Assembly: GCF_009914755.1 (NCBI RefSeq)
Contig: NC_060925.1
DNA length: 64,000 nt
Source of the DNA: the human T2T-CHM13v2.0 reference genome, Homo sapiens
Strand: one strand, 5' to 3'
Below the pieces are notes generated by a model, which worked only from the letters and a program-made list of their open reading frames with translations, was not told the origin of the DNA and searched no databases. The position numbers and the translations under genes were made by a program. Of this stretch, positions 14,002-30,338 are shown piece after piece (positions within the stretch are counted from its first letter, which is position 1; the number at the start of each line of letters is the position of its first letter).

Positions 14002-17000
14002 ATGGAATCGTCATCGAATGAATTGGATGCAATCATCGAATGGTCTCGAATGGAATCTTCTTCAAATGGAATGGAATGGAATCATCGCATAGAATCGAAT
14101 GGAATTATCATCGAATGGAATCGAATGGAATCAACATCAAACGGAAAAAAACGGAATTATCGAATGGAACCGAAGAGAATCATCGAATGGACCCGAATGG
14201 AATCATCTAATAGAATGGAATGGAATAATCCATGGACTCGAATGCAATCATCATCGAATGGAATCGAATGGAATCATCGAATGGACTCGAATGGAATAAT
14301 CATTGAACGGAATCGATTGGAATCATCATCGGATGGAAACGAATGGAATCATCATCGAATGGAAATGAAAGGAGTCATCATCTAATGGAATTGCATGGAA
14401 TCATCATAAAATGGAATCGAATGGAATCAACATCAAATGGAATCAAATGGAATCATTGAACGGAATTGAATGGAATCGTCATCGAATGAATTGACTGCAA
14501 TCATCCAATGGTCTCGAATGGAATCATCTTCAAATGGAATGGAATGGAATCATCGCATAGAAGCGAATGGAATTATCATCGAATGGAATCGAATGGAATC
14601 AACATCCAACGGAAAAAAACGGAATTATCGAATGGAATCGAAGAGAATCATCGAATGGACCCGAATGGAATCATCTAATGGAATGGAATGGAATAATCCA
14701 TGGACTCGAATGCAATCATCATCGAATGGAATCGAATGGAATCATCGAATGGACTCGAATGGAATAATCATTGAACGGAATCGAATGGAATCATCATCGG
14801 ATGGAAATGAATGGAATCATCATCGAATGGAATCGAATAGAATTATGGAATGAAATCCAGTGTGATCATCATCGAATGGACCCTAATGGAATCATCATCC
14901 AACGGAAGCTAATGGAATCAACATCGAATGAATCAAATGGAAACACCATCGAATTGAAACGAATGGAATTATCATGAAATTGAAATGGATGGACTCATCA
15001 TCGAATGGATTCGAAAGGAATCATCGAATAAAATTGATTGAAATCATCATCGAATGGAATCGAATGGTATCATTGAATGGAATCGAATGGAATCATCATC
15101 AGATGGAAATGAATGGAATCGTCATAGAATGGAATCGAATGGATTCATTGAATGGAATCAGATGGAATCATCGAATGGACTGGAATGGAATCATTGAATG
15201 GACTCGAAAGGGATCATGATTGAATGGAATTGAATGGAATCATCGAATGGTCTCGATTGGAATCATTATCAAATGGAATCGAATGGAATCACCGAATAGA
15301 ATCGAATGGAACAATCATCGAATGGACTCAAATGGAATTATCCTCCAATGGAATCGAATGGAATTATCGAATGCAATCGAATGGAATTATCGAATGCAAT
15401 CGAATAGAATCATCGAATGGACTCGAATGGAATCATCGAATGGAATGGAATGGAACAGTCAATGAACTCGAATGGAATCATCATTGAATGGAATCGAATG
15501 GAATCATCGAGTGGAATCGAATGGAATTATGATCAAATGGAATCGAATGTAATCATCATCAAATGGAATCAAAAATAACCATCATCAATTGGTATTGAAT
15601 GGAATTGTCATCAAATGGAATTCAAAGGAATCAATATCAAATGGAACCGAATGGAATCCTCATTGAATGGAAATGAAAGGGGTCATCATCTAATGGAATC
15701 GCATGGAATCATCATCAAATGGAATCGAATGGAATCATCATCAAATGGAATCTAATGGAATCATTGAACAGAATTGAATGGAATCGTCATCGAATGAATT
15801 GAATGCAATCATCGAATGGTCTCGAATGGAATCATCTTCTAATGGAAAGGAATGGAATCATCGCATAGAATCGAATGGAATTATCATCAAATGGAATCGA
15901 ATGGTATCAACACCAAACGGAAAAAAACGGAATTATCGAATGGAATCGAAGAGAATCTTCGAACGGACCCGAATGGAATCATCTAATGGAATGGAATGGA
16001 ATAATCCATGGACTCGAATGCAATCATCATCGAATGGAATCGAATGGAACCATCGAATGGACTCGAATGGAATAATCATTGAACGGAATCGAATGGAATC
16101 ATCATCGGATGGAAACGAATGGAATCATCATCGAATGGAAATGAAAGGAGTCATCATCTAATGGAATTGCATGGAATCATCATAAAATGGAATCGAATGG
16201 AATCAACATCAAATGGAATCAAATGGAATCATTGAACGGAATTGAATGGAATCGTCATCGAATGAATTGACTGCAATCATCCAATGGTCTCGAATGGAAT
16301 CATCTTCAAATGGAATGGAATGGAATCATCGCATAGAATCGAATGGAATTATCATCGAATGGAATCGAATGGAATCAACATCAAACGGAAAAAAACGGAA
16401 TTATCGAATGGAATCGAAGAGAATCATCGAATGGACCCGAATGGAATCATCTAATGGAATGGAATGGAATAATCCATGGACTCGAATGCAATCATCATCG
16501 AATGGAATCGAATGGAATCATCGAATGGACTCGAATGGAATAATCATTGAACGGAATCGAATGGAATCATCATCGGATGGAAATGAATGGAATCATCATC
16601 GAATGGAATCGAATAGAATTATGGAATGAAATCCAGTGTGATCATCATCGAATGGACCCGAATGGAATCATCATCCAACGGAAGCTAATGGAATCAACAT
16701 CGAATGAATCGAATGGAAACACCATCGAATTGAAACGAATGGAATTATCATGAAATTGAAATAGATGGACTCATCATCGAATGGATTCGAATGGAATCAT
16801 CGAATAAAATTGATTGAAATCATCATCGAATGGAATCGAATGGTATCATTGAATGGAATCGAATGGAATCATCATCAGATGGAAATGAATGGAATCGTCA
16901 TAGAATGGAATCGAATGGATTCATTGAATGGAATCAGATGGAATCATCGAATGGACTGGAATGGAATCATTGAATGGACTCCAAAGGGATCATGATTGAA

Positions 17001-19329
17001 TGGAATTGAATGGAATCATCGAATGGTCTCGATTGGAATCATTATCAAATGGAATCGAATGGAATCACCGAATAGAATCGAATGGAACAATCATCGAATG
17101 GACTCAAATGGAATTATCCTCAAATGGAATCGAATGGAATTATCGAATGCAATCGAATGGAATTTTCGAATGCAATCGAATAGAATCATCGAATGGACTC
17201 GAATGGAATCATCGAATGGAATGGAATGGAACAGTCAATGAACACGAATGGAATCATCATTGAATGGAATCGAATGGAATCATCGAGTGGAATCGAATTG
17301 AATTATGATCAAATGGAATCGAATGTAATCATCATCAAATGGAATCAAAAATAACCATCATCAATTGCTATTGAATGGAATTGTCATCAAATGGAATTCA
17401 AAGGAATCATCATCAAATGGAACCGAATGGAATCCTCATTGAATGGAAATTAAAGGGGTCATCATCTAATGGAATCGCATGGAATCATCATCAAATGGAA
17501 TCAAATGGAATCATCATCAAATGGAATCTAATGGAATCATTGAACAGAATTGAATGGAATCGTCATCAAATGAATTGAATGCAATCATCGAATGGTCTCG
17601 AATGGAATCATCTTCTAATGGAAAGGAATGGAATCATCGCATAGAATCGAATGGAATTATCATCGAATGGAATCGAATGGTATCAACACCAAACGGAAAA
17701 AAACGGAATTATCGAATGGAATCGAAGAGAATCTTCGAACGGACCCGAATGGAATCATCTAATGGAATGGAATGGAATAATCCATGGACTCGAATGCAAT
17801 CATCATCGAATGGAATCGAATGGAATCATCGAATGGACTCGAATGGAATAATCATTGAACGGAATCGAATGGAATCATCATCGGATGGAAACGAATGGAA
17901 TCATCATCGAATGGAAATGAAAGGAGTCATCATCTAATGCAATTGCATGGAATCATCATCAAATGGAATCGAATGGAATCAACATCAAATGGAATCTAAT
18001 GGAATCATTGAACAGAATTGAATGGAATCGTCATCGAATGAATTGACTGCAATCATCGAATGGTCTCGAATGGAATCATCTTCAAATGGAATGGAATGGA
18101 ATCATCGCATAGAATCGAATGGAATTATCATCGAATGGAATCGAATGGAATCAACATCAAACGGAAAAAAACAGAATTATCGAATGGAATCGAAGAGAAT
18201 CATCGCATGGACCCGAATGGAATCATCTAATGGAATGGAATGGAATAATCCATGGACTCGAATGCAATCATCATCGAATGGAATCGAATGGAATCATCGA
18301 GTGGACTCGAATGGAATAATCATTGAACGGAATGGAATGGAATCATCATCGGATGGAAATGAATGGAATCATCATCGAATGGAATCGAATAGAATTATGG
18401 AATGAAATCCAGTGTGATCATCATCGAATGGACCCGAATGGAATCATCATCCAACGGAAGCTAATGGAATCAACATCGAATGAATCAAATGGAAACACCA
18501 TCGAATTGAAACGAATGGAATTATCATGAAATTGAAATGGATGGACTCATCATCGAATGGATTCGAATGGAATCATCGAATAAAATTGATTGAAATCATC
18601 ATCGAATGGAATCGAATGGTATCATTGAATGGAATCGAATGGAATCATCATCAGATGGAAATGAATGGAATCGTCATAGAATGGAATCGAATGGATTCAT
18701 TGAATGGAATCAGATGGAATCATCGAATGGACTGGAATGGAATCATTGAATGGACTCGAAAGGGATCATGATTGAATGGAATTGAATGGAATCATCGAAT
18801 GGTCTCGATTGGAATCATTATCAAATGGAATCGAATGGAATCACCGAATAGAATCGAATGGAACAATCATCGAATGGACTCAAATGGAATTATCCTCAAA
18901 TGGAATCGAATGGAATTATCGAATGCAATCGAATGGAATTATCGAATGCAATCGAATAGAATCATCGAATGGACTCGAATGGAATCATCGAATGGAATGG
19001 AATGGAACAGTCAATGAACTCGAATGGAATCATCATTGAATGGAATCGAATGGAATCATCGAGTGGAATCGAATGGAATTATGATCAAATGGAATCGAAT
19101 GTAATCATCATCAAATGGAATCAAAAATAACCATCATCAATTGGTATTGAATGGAATTGTCATCAAATGGAATTCAAAGGAATCATCATCAAATGGAACC
19201 GAATGGAATCCTCATTGAATGGAAATGAAAGGGGTCATCATCTAATGGAATCGCATGGAATCATCATCAAATGGAATCGAATGGAATCATCATCAAATGG
19301 AATCTAATGGAATCATTGAACAGAATTGA

Positions 19330-20392
19330 ATGGAATCGTCATCGAATGAATTGAATGCAATCATCGAATGGTCTCGAATGGAATCATCTTCTAATGGAAA
19401 GGAATGGAATCATCGCATAGAATCGAATGGAATTATCATCGAATGGAATCGAATGGTATCAACACCAAACGGAAAAAAACGGAATTATCGAATGGAATCG
19501 AAGAGAATCTTCGAACGGACCCGAATGGAATCATCTAATGGAATGGAATGGAATAATCCATGGACTCGAATGCAATCATCATCGAATGGAATCGAATGGA
19601 ATCATCGAATGGACTCGAATGGAATAATCATTGAACGGAATCGAATGGAATCATCATCGGATGGAAACGAATGGAATCATCATCGAATGGAAATGAAAGG
19701 AGTCATCATCTAATGGAATTGCATGGAATCATCATAAAATGGAATCGAATGGAATCAACATCAAATGGAATCAAACGGAATCATTGAACGGAATTGAATG
19801 GAATCGTCATCGAATGAATTGACTGCAATCATCGAATGGTCTCGAATGGAATCATCTTCAAATGGAATGGAATGGAATCATCGCATAGAATCGAATGGAA
19901 TTATCACCGAATGGAATCGAATGGAATCAACATCAAACGGAAAAAAACGGAATTATCGAATGGAATCGAAGAGAATCATCGAATGGACCCGAATGGAATC
20001 ATCTAATGGAATGGAATGGAATAATCCATGGACTCGAATGCAATCATCATCGAATGGAATCGAATGGAATCATCGAATGAACTCGAATGGAATCATCATT
20101 GAATGGAATCGAATGGAATCATCGAGTGGAATCGAATGGAATTATGATCAAATGGAATCGAATGTAATCATCATCAAATGGAATCAAATATAACCATCAT
20201 CAATTGGTATTGAATGGAATTGTCATCAAATGGAATTCAAAGGAATCATCATCAAATGGAACCGAATGGAATCCTCATTGAATGGAAATGAAAGGGGTCA
20301 TCATCTAATGGAATCGCATGGAATCATCATCAAATGGAATCGAATGGAATCATCATCAAATGGAATCTAATGGAATCATTGAACAGAATTGA
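19330..20392 (+). repeat. 1063-bp variant unit (713-bp deletion), copy 1
   Basis: Junction CATCGAATG|AACTCG at 20071-20085. The CCAGTGTG, GGAAGCTA and GGAACAGTC landmarks are missing. Confidence 0.92.
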
Positions 20393-23300
20393 ATGGAATC
20401 GTCATCGAATGAATTGAATGCAATCATCGAATGGTCTCGAATGGAATCATCTTCTAATGGAAAGGAATGGAATCATCGCATAGAATCGAATGGAATTATC
20501 ATCGAATGGAATCGAATGGTATCAACACCAAACGGAAAAAAACGGAATTATCGAATGGAATCGAAGAGAATCTTCGAACGGACCCGAATGGAATCATCTA
20601 ATGGAATGGAATGGAATAATCCATGGACTCGAATGCAATCATCATCGAATGGAATCGAATGGAATCATCGAATGGACTCGAATGGAATAATCATTGAACG
20701 GAATCGAATGGAATCATCATCGGATGGAAACGAATGGAATCATCATCGAATGGAAATGAAGGGAATCATCATCTAATGGAATTGCATGGAATCATCATAA
20801 AATGGAATCGAATGGAATCAACATCAAATCGAATCAAACGGAATCATTGAACGGAATTGAATGGAATCGTCATCGAATGAATTGACTGCAATCATCGAAT
20901 GGTCTCGAATGGAATCATCTTCAAATGGAATGGAATGGAATCATCGCATAGAATCGAATGGAATTATCACCGAAAGCAATCGAATGGAATCAACATCCAA
21001 CGGAAAAAAACGGAATTATCGAATGGAATCGAAGAGAATCATCGAATGGACCCGAATGGAATCATCTAATGGAATGGAATGGAATAATCCACGGACTCGA
21101 ATGCAATCATCATCGAATGGAATCGAATGGAATCATCGAATGGACTTGAATGGAATAATCATTGAACGGAATAGAATGGAATCATCATCGGATGGAAATG
21201 AATGGAATCATCATCGAATGGAATCGAATAGAATTATGGAATGAAATCCAGTGTGATGATCATCATCGAATGGACCCGAATGGAATCATCATCCAACGGA
21301 AGCTAATGGAATCAACATCGAATGAATCAAATGGAAACACCATCGAATTGAAACGAATGGAATTATCATGAAATTGAAATGGATGGACTCATCATCGAAT
21401 GGATTCGAAAGGAATCATCGAATAAAATTGATTGAAATCATCATCGAATGGAATCGAATGGTATCATTGAATGGAATCGAATGGAATCATCATCAGATGG
21501 AAATGAATGGAATCGTCATAGAATGGAATCGAATGGATTCATTGAATGGAATCAGATGGAATCATCGAATGGACTGGAATGGAATCATTGAATGGACTCG
21601 AAAGGGATCATGATTGAATGGAATTGAATGGAATCATCGAATGGTCTCGATTGGAATCATTATCAAATGGAATCGAATGGAATCACCGAATAGAATCGAA
21701 TGGAACAATCATCGAATGGACTCAAATGGAATTATCCTCCAATGGAATCGAATGGAATTATCGAATGCAATCGAATGGAATTATCGAATGCAATCGAATA
21801 GAATCATCGAATGGACTCGAATGGAATCATCGAATGGAATGGAATGGAACAGTCAATGAACTCGAATGGAATCATCATTGAATGGAATCGAATGGAATCA
21901 TCGAGTGGAATCGAATGGAATTATGATCAAATGGAATCGAATGTAATCATCATCAAATGGAATCAAAAATAACCATCATCAATTGGTATTGAATGGAATT
22001 GTCATCAAATGGAATTCAAAGGAATCAATATCAAATGGAACCGAATGGAATCCTCATTGAATGGAAATGAAAGGGGTCATCATCTAATGGAATCGCATGG
22101 AATCATCATCAAATGGAATCGAATGGAATCATCATCAAATGGAATCTAATGGAATCATTGAACAGAATTGAATGGAATCGTCATCGAATGAATTGAATGC
22201 AATCATCGAATGGTCTCGAATGGAATCATCTTCTAATGGAAAGGAATGGAATCATCGCATAGAATCGAATGGAATTATCATCGAATGGAATCGAATGGTA
22301 TCAACACCAAACGGAAAAAAACGGAATTATCGAATGGAATCGAAGAGAATCTTCGAACGGACCCGAATGGAATCATCTAATGGAATGGAATGGAATAATC
22401 CATGGACTCGAATGCAATCATCATCGAATGGAATGGAATGGAATCATCGAATGGACTCGAATGGAATAATCATTGAACGGAATCGAATGGAATCATCATC
22501 GGATGGAAACGAATGGAATCATCATCGAATGGAAATGAAAGGAGTCATCATCTAATGGAATTGCATGGAATCATCATAAAATGGAATCGAATGGAATCAA
22601 CATCAAATGGAATCAAAAGGAATCATTGAACGGAATTGAATGGAATCGTCATCGAATGAATTGACTGCAATCATCCAATGGTCTCGAATGGAATCATCTT
22701 CAAATGGAATGGAATGGAATCATCGCATAGAATCGAATGGAATTATCATCGAATGGAATCGAATGGAATCAACATCAAACGGAAAAAAACGGAATTATCG
22801 AATGGAATCGAAGAGAATCATCGAATGGACCCGAATGGAATCATCTAATGGAATGGAATGGAATAATCCATGGACTCGAATGCAATCATCATCGAATGGA
22901 ATCGAATGGAATCATCGAATGGACTCGAATGGAATAATCATTGAACGGAATCGAATGGAATCATCATCGGATGGAAATGAATGGAATCATCATCGAATGG
23001 AATCGAATAGAATTATGGAATGAAATCCAGTGTGATCATCATCGAATGGACCCGAATGGAATCATCATCCAACGGAAGCTAATGGAATCAACATCGAATG
23101 AATCGAATGGAAACACCATCGAATTGAAACGAATGGAATTATCATGAAATTGAAATGGATGGACTCATCATCGAATGGATTCGAATGGAATCATCGAATA
23201 AAATTGATTGAAATCATCATCGAATGGAATCGAATGGTATCATTGAATGGAATCGAATGAAATCATCATCAGATGGAAATGAATGGAATCGTCATAGATT

Positions 23301-25588
23301 GGAATCGAATGGTTTCATTGAATGGAATCAGATGGAATCATCGAATGGACTGGAATGGAATCATTGAATGGACTCGAAAGGGATCATGATTGAATGGAAT
23401 TGAATGGAATCATCGAATGGTCTCGATTGGAATCATTATCAAATGGAATCGAATGGAATCACCGAATAGAATCGAATGGAACAATCATCGAATGGACTCA
23501 AATGGAATTATCCTCAAATGGAATCGAATGGAATTATCGAATGCAATCGAATGGAATTATCGAATGCAATCGAATAGAATCATCGAATGGACTCGAATGG
23601 AATCATCGAATGGAATGGAATGGAACAGTCAATGAACACGAATGGAATCATCATTGAATGGAATCGAATGGAATCATCGAGTGGAATCGAATTGAATTAT
23701 GATCAAATGGAATCGAATGTAATCATCATCAAATGGAATCAAAAATAACCATCATCAATTGCTATTGAATGGAATTGTCATCAAATGGAATTCAAAGGAA
23801 TCATCATCAAATGGAACCGAATGGAATCCTCATTGAATGGAAATGAAAGGGGTCATCATCTAATGGAATCGCATGGAATCATCATCAAATGGAATCAAAT
23901 GGAATCATCATCAAATGGAATCTAATGGAATCATTGAACAGAATTGAATGGAATCGTCATCGAATGAATTGAATGCAATCATCGAATGGTCTCGAATGGA
24001 ATCATCTTCTAATGGAAAGGAATGGAATCATCGCATAGAATCGAATGGAATTATCATCGAATGGAATCGAATGGTATCAACACCAAACGGAAAAAAACGG
24101 AATTATCGAATGGAATCGAAGAGAATCTTCGAACGGACCCGAATGGAATCATCTAATGGAATGGAATGGAATAATCCATGGACTCGAATGCAATCATCAT
24201 CGAATGGAATCGAATGGAATCATCGAATGGACTCGAATGGAATAATCATTGAACGGAATCGAATGGAATCATCATCGGATGGAAACGAATGGAATCATCA
24301 TCGAATGGAAATGAAAGGAGTCATCATCTAATGCAATTGCATGGAATCATCATCAAATGGAATCGAATGGAATCAACATCAAATGGAATCTAATGGAATC
24401 ATTGAACAGAATTGAATGGAATCGTCATCGAATGAATTGACTGCAATCATCGAATGGTCTCGAATGGAATCATCTTCAAATGGAATGGAATGGAATCATC
24501 GCATAGAATCGAATGGAATTATCATCGAATGGAATCGAATGGAATCAACATCAAACGGAAAAAAACAGAATTATCGAATGGAATCGAAGAGAATCATCGC
24601 ATGGACCCGAATGGAATCATCTAATGGAATGGAATGGAATAATCCATGGACTCGAATGCAATCATCATCGAATGGAATCGAATGGAATCATCGAGTGGAC
24701 TCGAATGGAATAATCATTGAACGGAATCGAATGGAATCATCATCGGATGGAAATGAATGGAATCATCATCGAATGGAATCGAATAGAATTATGGAATGAA
24801 ATCCAGTGTGATCATCATCGAATGGACCCGAATGGAATCATCATCCAACGGAAGCTAATGGAATCAACATCGAATGAATCAAATGGAAACACCATCGAAT
24901 TGAAACGAATGGAATTATCATGAAATTGAAATGGATGGACTCATCATCGAATGGATTCGAATGGAATCATCGAATAAAATTGATTGAAATCATCATCGAA
25001 TGGAATCGAATGGTATCATTGAATGGAATCGAATGGAATCATCATCAGATGGAAATGAATGGAATCGTCATAGAATGGAATCGAATGGATTCATTGAATG
25101 GAATCAGATGGAATCATCGAATGGACTGGAATGGAATCATTGAATGGACTCGAAAGGGATCATGATTGAATGGAATTGAATGGAATCATCGAATGGTCTC
25201 GATTGGAATCATTATCAAATGGAATCGAATGGAATCACCGAATAGAATCGAATGGAACAATCATCGAATGGACTCAAATGGAATTATCCTCCAATGGAAT
25301 CGAATGGAATTATCGAATGCAATCGAATGGAATTATCGAATGCAATCGAATAGAATCATCGAATGGACTCGAATGGAATCATCGAATGGAATGGAATGGA
25401 ACAGTCAATGAACTCGAATGGAATCATCATTGAATGGAATCGAATGGAATCATCGAGTGGAATCGAATGGAATTATGATCAAATGGAATCGAATGTAATC
25501 ATCATCAAATGGAATCAAAAATAACCATCATCAATTGGTATTGAATGGAATTGTCATCAAATGGAATTCAAAGGAATCATCATCAAAT

Positions 25589-26560
25589 GGAACCGAATGG
25601 AATCCTCATTGAATGGAAATGAAAGGGGTCATCATCTAATGGAATCGCATGGAATCATCATCAAATGGAATCGAATGGAATCATCATCAAATGGAATCTA
25701 ATGGAATCATTGAACAGAATTGAATGGAATCGTCATCGAATGAATTGAATGCAATCATCGAATGGTCTCGAATGGAATCATCTTCTAATGGAAAGGAATG
25801 GAATCATCGCATAGAATCGAATGGAATTATCATCGAATGGAATCGAATGGTATCAACACCAAACGGAAAAAAACGGAATTATCGAATGGAATCGAAGAGA
25901 ATCTTCGAACGGACCCGAATGGAATCATCTAATGGAATGGAATGGAATAATCCATGGACTCGAATGCAATCATCATCGAATGGAATCGAATGGAATCATC
26001 GAATGGACTCGAATGGAATAATCATTGAACGGAATCGAATGGAATCATCATCGGATGGAAACGAATGGAATCATCATCGAATGGAAATGAAAGGAGTCAT
26101 CATCTAATGGAATTGCATGGAATCATCATAAAATGGAATCGAATGGAATCAACATCAAATGGAATCAAATGGAATCATTGAACGGAATTGAATGGAATCG
26201 TCATCGAATGAATTGACTGCAATCATCGAATGGTCTCGAATGGAATCATCTTCAAATGGAATGGAATGGAATCATCGCATAGAATCGAATGGAATTATCA
26301 TCGAATGGAATCGAATGGAATCAACATCAAACGGAAAAAAACGGAATTATCGAATGGAATCGAAGAGAATCATCGAATGGACCCGAATGGAATCATCTAA
26401 TGGAATGGAATGGAATAATCCATGGACTCGAATGCAATCATCATCGAATGGAATCGAATGGAATCATCGAATGGACTCGAATGGAATAATCATTGAACGG
26501 AATCGAATGGAATCATCATCGGATGGAAATGAATGGAATCATCATCGAATGGAATCGAAT
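25589..26560 (+). repeat. 468-bp internal tandem duplication (sub-copies A and B) present in every unit; example shown
   Basis: Paired ORF starts lie 468 bp apart (25724/26192; 487/955). A carries GAAAGGGG, TTCTAATGGAAAGG, GGTATCAACACC and CTTCGAACGG. B carries GAAAGGAG, TTCAAATGGAATGG, GGAATCAACATC and CATCGAATGG. Confidence 0.93.
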
Positions 26561-29275
26561 AGAATTATGGAATGAAATCCAGTGTGATCATCATCGAATG
26601 GACCCGAATGGAATCATCATCCAACGGAAGCTAATGGAATCAACATCGAATGAATCAAATGGAAACACCATCGAATTGAAACGAATGGAATTATCATGAA
26701 ATTGAAATGGATGGACTCATCATCGAATGGATTCGAATGGAATCATCGAATAAAATTGATTGAAATCATCATCGAATGGAATCGAATGGTATCATTGAAT
26801 GGAATCGAATGGAATCATCATCAGATGGAAATGAATGGAATCGTCATAGAATGGAATCGAATGGATTCATTGAATGGAATCAGATGGAATCATCGAATGG
26901 ACTGGAATGGAATCATTGAATGGACTTGAAAGGGATCATGATTCAATGGAATTGAATGGAATCATCGAATGGTCTCGATTGGAATCATTATCAAATGGAA
27001 TCGAATGGAATCACCGAATAGAATCGAATGGAACAATCATCGAATGGACTCAAATGGAATTATCCTCAAATGGAATCGAATGGAATTATCGAATGCAATC
27101 GAATGGAATTATCGAATGCAATCGAATAGAATCATCGAATGGACTCGAATGGAATCATCGAATGGAATGGAATGGAACAGTCAATGAACACGAATGGAAT
27201 CATCATTGAATGGAATCGAATGGAATCATCAAGTGGAATCGAATGGAATTATGATCAAATGGAATCGAATGTAATCATCATCAAATGGAATCAAAAATAA
27301 CCATCATCAATTGGTATTGAATGGAATTGTCATGAAATGGAATTCAAAGGAATCATCATCAAATGGAACCGAATGGAATCCTCATTGAATGGAAATGAAA
27401 GGGGTCATCATCTAATGGAATCGCATGGAATCATCATCAAATGGAATCGAATGGAATCATCATCAAATGGAATCTAATGGAATCATTGAACAGAATTGAA
27501 TGGAATCGTCATCGAATGAATTGAATGCAATCATCGAATGGTCTCGAATGGAATCATCTTCTAATGGAAAGGAATGGAATCATCGCATAGAATCGAATGG
27601 AATTATCATCGAATGGAATCGAATGGTATCAACACCAAACGGAAAAAAACGGAATTATCGAATGGAATCGAAGAGAATCTTCGAACGGACCCGAATGGAA
27701 TCATCTAATGGAATGGAATGGAATAATCCATGGACTCGAATGCAATCATCATCGAATGGAATCGAATGGAATCATCGAATGGACTCGAATGGAATAATCA
27801 TTGAACGGAATCGAATGGAATCATCATCGGATGGAAACGAATGGAATCATCATCGAATGGAAATGAAAGGAGTCATCATCTAATGCAATTGCATGGAATC
27901 ATCATCAAACGGAATCGAATGGAATCAACATCAAATGGAATCTAATGGAATCATTGAACAGAATTGAATGGAATCGTCATCGAATGAATTGACTGCAATC
28001 ATCGAATGGTCTCGAATGGAATCATCTTCAAATGGAATGGAATGGAATCATCGCATAGAATCGAATGGAATTATCATCGAATGGAATGGAATGGAATCAA
28101 CATCAAACGGAAAAAAACGGAATTATCGAATGGAATCGAAGAGAATCATCGAATGGACCCGAATGGAATCATCTAATGGAATGGAATGGAATAATCCATG
28201 GACTCGAATGCAATCATCATCCAATGGAATCGAATGGAATCATCGAATGGACTCGAAAGGAATAATCATTGAACGGAATCGAATGGAATCATCATCGGAT
28301 GGAAATGAATGGAATCATCATCGAATGGAATCGAATAGAATTATGGAATGAAATCCAGTGTGATCATCATCGAATGGACCCGAATGGAATCATCATCCAA
28401 CGGAAGCTAATGGAATCAACATCGAATGAATCGAATGGAAACACCATCGAATTGAAACGAATGGAATTATCATGAAATTGAAATGGATGGACTCATCATC
28501 GAATGGATTCGAATGGAATCATCGAATAAAATTGATTGAAGTCATCATCGAATGGAATCGAATGGTATCATTGAATGGAATCGAATGGAATCATAATCAG
28601 ATGGAAATGAATGGAATCGTCATAGAATGGAATCGAATGGATTCATTGAATGGAATCAGATGGAATCATCGAATGGACTGGAATGGAATCATTGAATGGA
28701 CTTGAAAGGGATCATGATTGAATGGAATTGAATGGAATCATCGAATGGTCTCGATTGGAATCATTATCAAATGGAATCGAATGGAATCACCGAATAGAAT
28801 CGAATGGAACAATCATCGAATGGACTCAAATGGAATTATCCTCAAATGGAATCGAATGGAATTATCGAATGCAATCGAATGGAATTATCGAATGCAATCG
28901 AATAGAATCATCGAATGGACTCGAATGGAATCAACGAATGGAATGGAATGGAACAGTCAATGAACACGAATGGAATCATCATTGAATGGAATCGAATGGA
29001 ATCATCGAGTGGAATCGAATGGAATTATGATCAAATGGAATCGAATGTAATCATCATCAAATGGAATCAAAAATAACCATCATCAATTGGTATTGAATGG
29101 AATTGTCATCAAATGGAATTCAAAGGAATCATCATCAAATGGAACCGAATGGAATCCTCATTGAATGGAAATGAAAGGGGTCATCGTCTCATGGAATCGC
29201 ATGGAATCATCATCAAATGGAATCGAATGGAATCATCATCAAATGGAATCTAATGGAATCATTGAACAGAATTGA

Positions 29276-30338
29276 ATGGAATCGTCATCGAATGAATTGA
29301 ATGCAATCATCGAATGGTCTCGAATGGAATCATCTTCTAATGGAAAGGAATGGAATCATCGCATAGAATCGAATGGAATTATCATCGAATGGAATCGAAT
29401 GGTATCAACACCAAACGGAAAAAAACGGAATTATCGAATGGAATCGAAGAGAATCTTCGAACGGACCCGAATGGAATCATCTAATGGAATGGAATGGAAT
29501 AATCCATGGACTCGAATGCAATCATCATCGAATGGAATCGAATGGAATCATCGAATGGACTCGAATGGAATAATCATTGAACGGAATCGAATGGAATCAT
29601 CATCGGATGGAAACGAATGGAATCATCATCGAATGGAAATGAAAGGAGTCATCATCTAATGGAATTGCATGGAATCATCATAAAATGGAATCGAATGGAA
29701 TCAACATCAAATCGAATCAAACGGAATCATTGAACGGAATTGAATGGAATCGTCATCGAATGAATTGACTGCAATCATCGAATGGTCTCGAATGGAATCA
29801 TCTTCAAATGGAATGGAATGGAATCATCGCATAGAATTGAATGGAATTATCACCGAAAGCAATTGAATGGAATCAACATCAAACGGAAAAAAACGGAATT
29901 ATCGAATGGAATCGAAGAGAATCATCGAATGGACCCGAATGGAATCATCTAATGGAATGGAATGGAATAATCCATGGACTCGAATGCAATCATCATCGAA
30001 TGGAATCGAATGGAATCATCGAATGAACTCGAATGGAATCATCATTGAATGGAATCGAATGGAATCATCGAGTGGAATCGAATGGAATTATGATCAAATG
30101 GAATCGAATGTAATCATCATCAAATGGAATCAAAAATAACCATCATCAATTGGTATTCAATGGAATTGTCATCAAATGGAATTCAAAGGAATCATCATCA
30201 AATGGAACCGAATGGAATCCTCATTGAATGGAAATGAAAGGGGTCATCATCTAATGGAATCACATGGAATCATCATCAAATGGAATCGAATGGAATCTTC
30301 ATCAAATGGAATCTAATGGAATCATTGAACAGAATTGA
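29276..30338 (+). repeat. 1063-bp variant unit, copy 2
   Basis: Same junction at about 30022-30026; unit spacing 1063. Confidence 0.92.

Larger units (their letters stand above)
3191..19267 (+). repeat. Recent tandem duplication, period 7572 bp (2244 + 3x1776), about 2.1 copies
   Basis: ORF translations and rare variants repeat at +7572 (4186/11758, 6430/14002, 9193/16765, 9803/17375). The only difference I noticed is 5173 A vs 12745 G. Confidence 0.92.
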
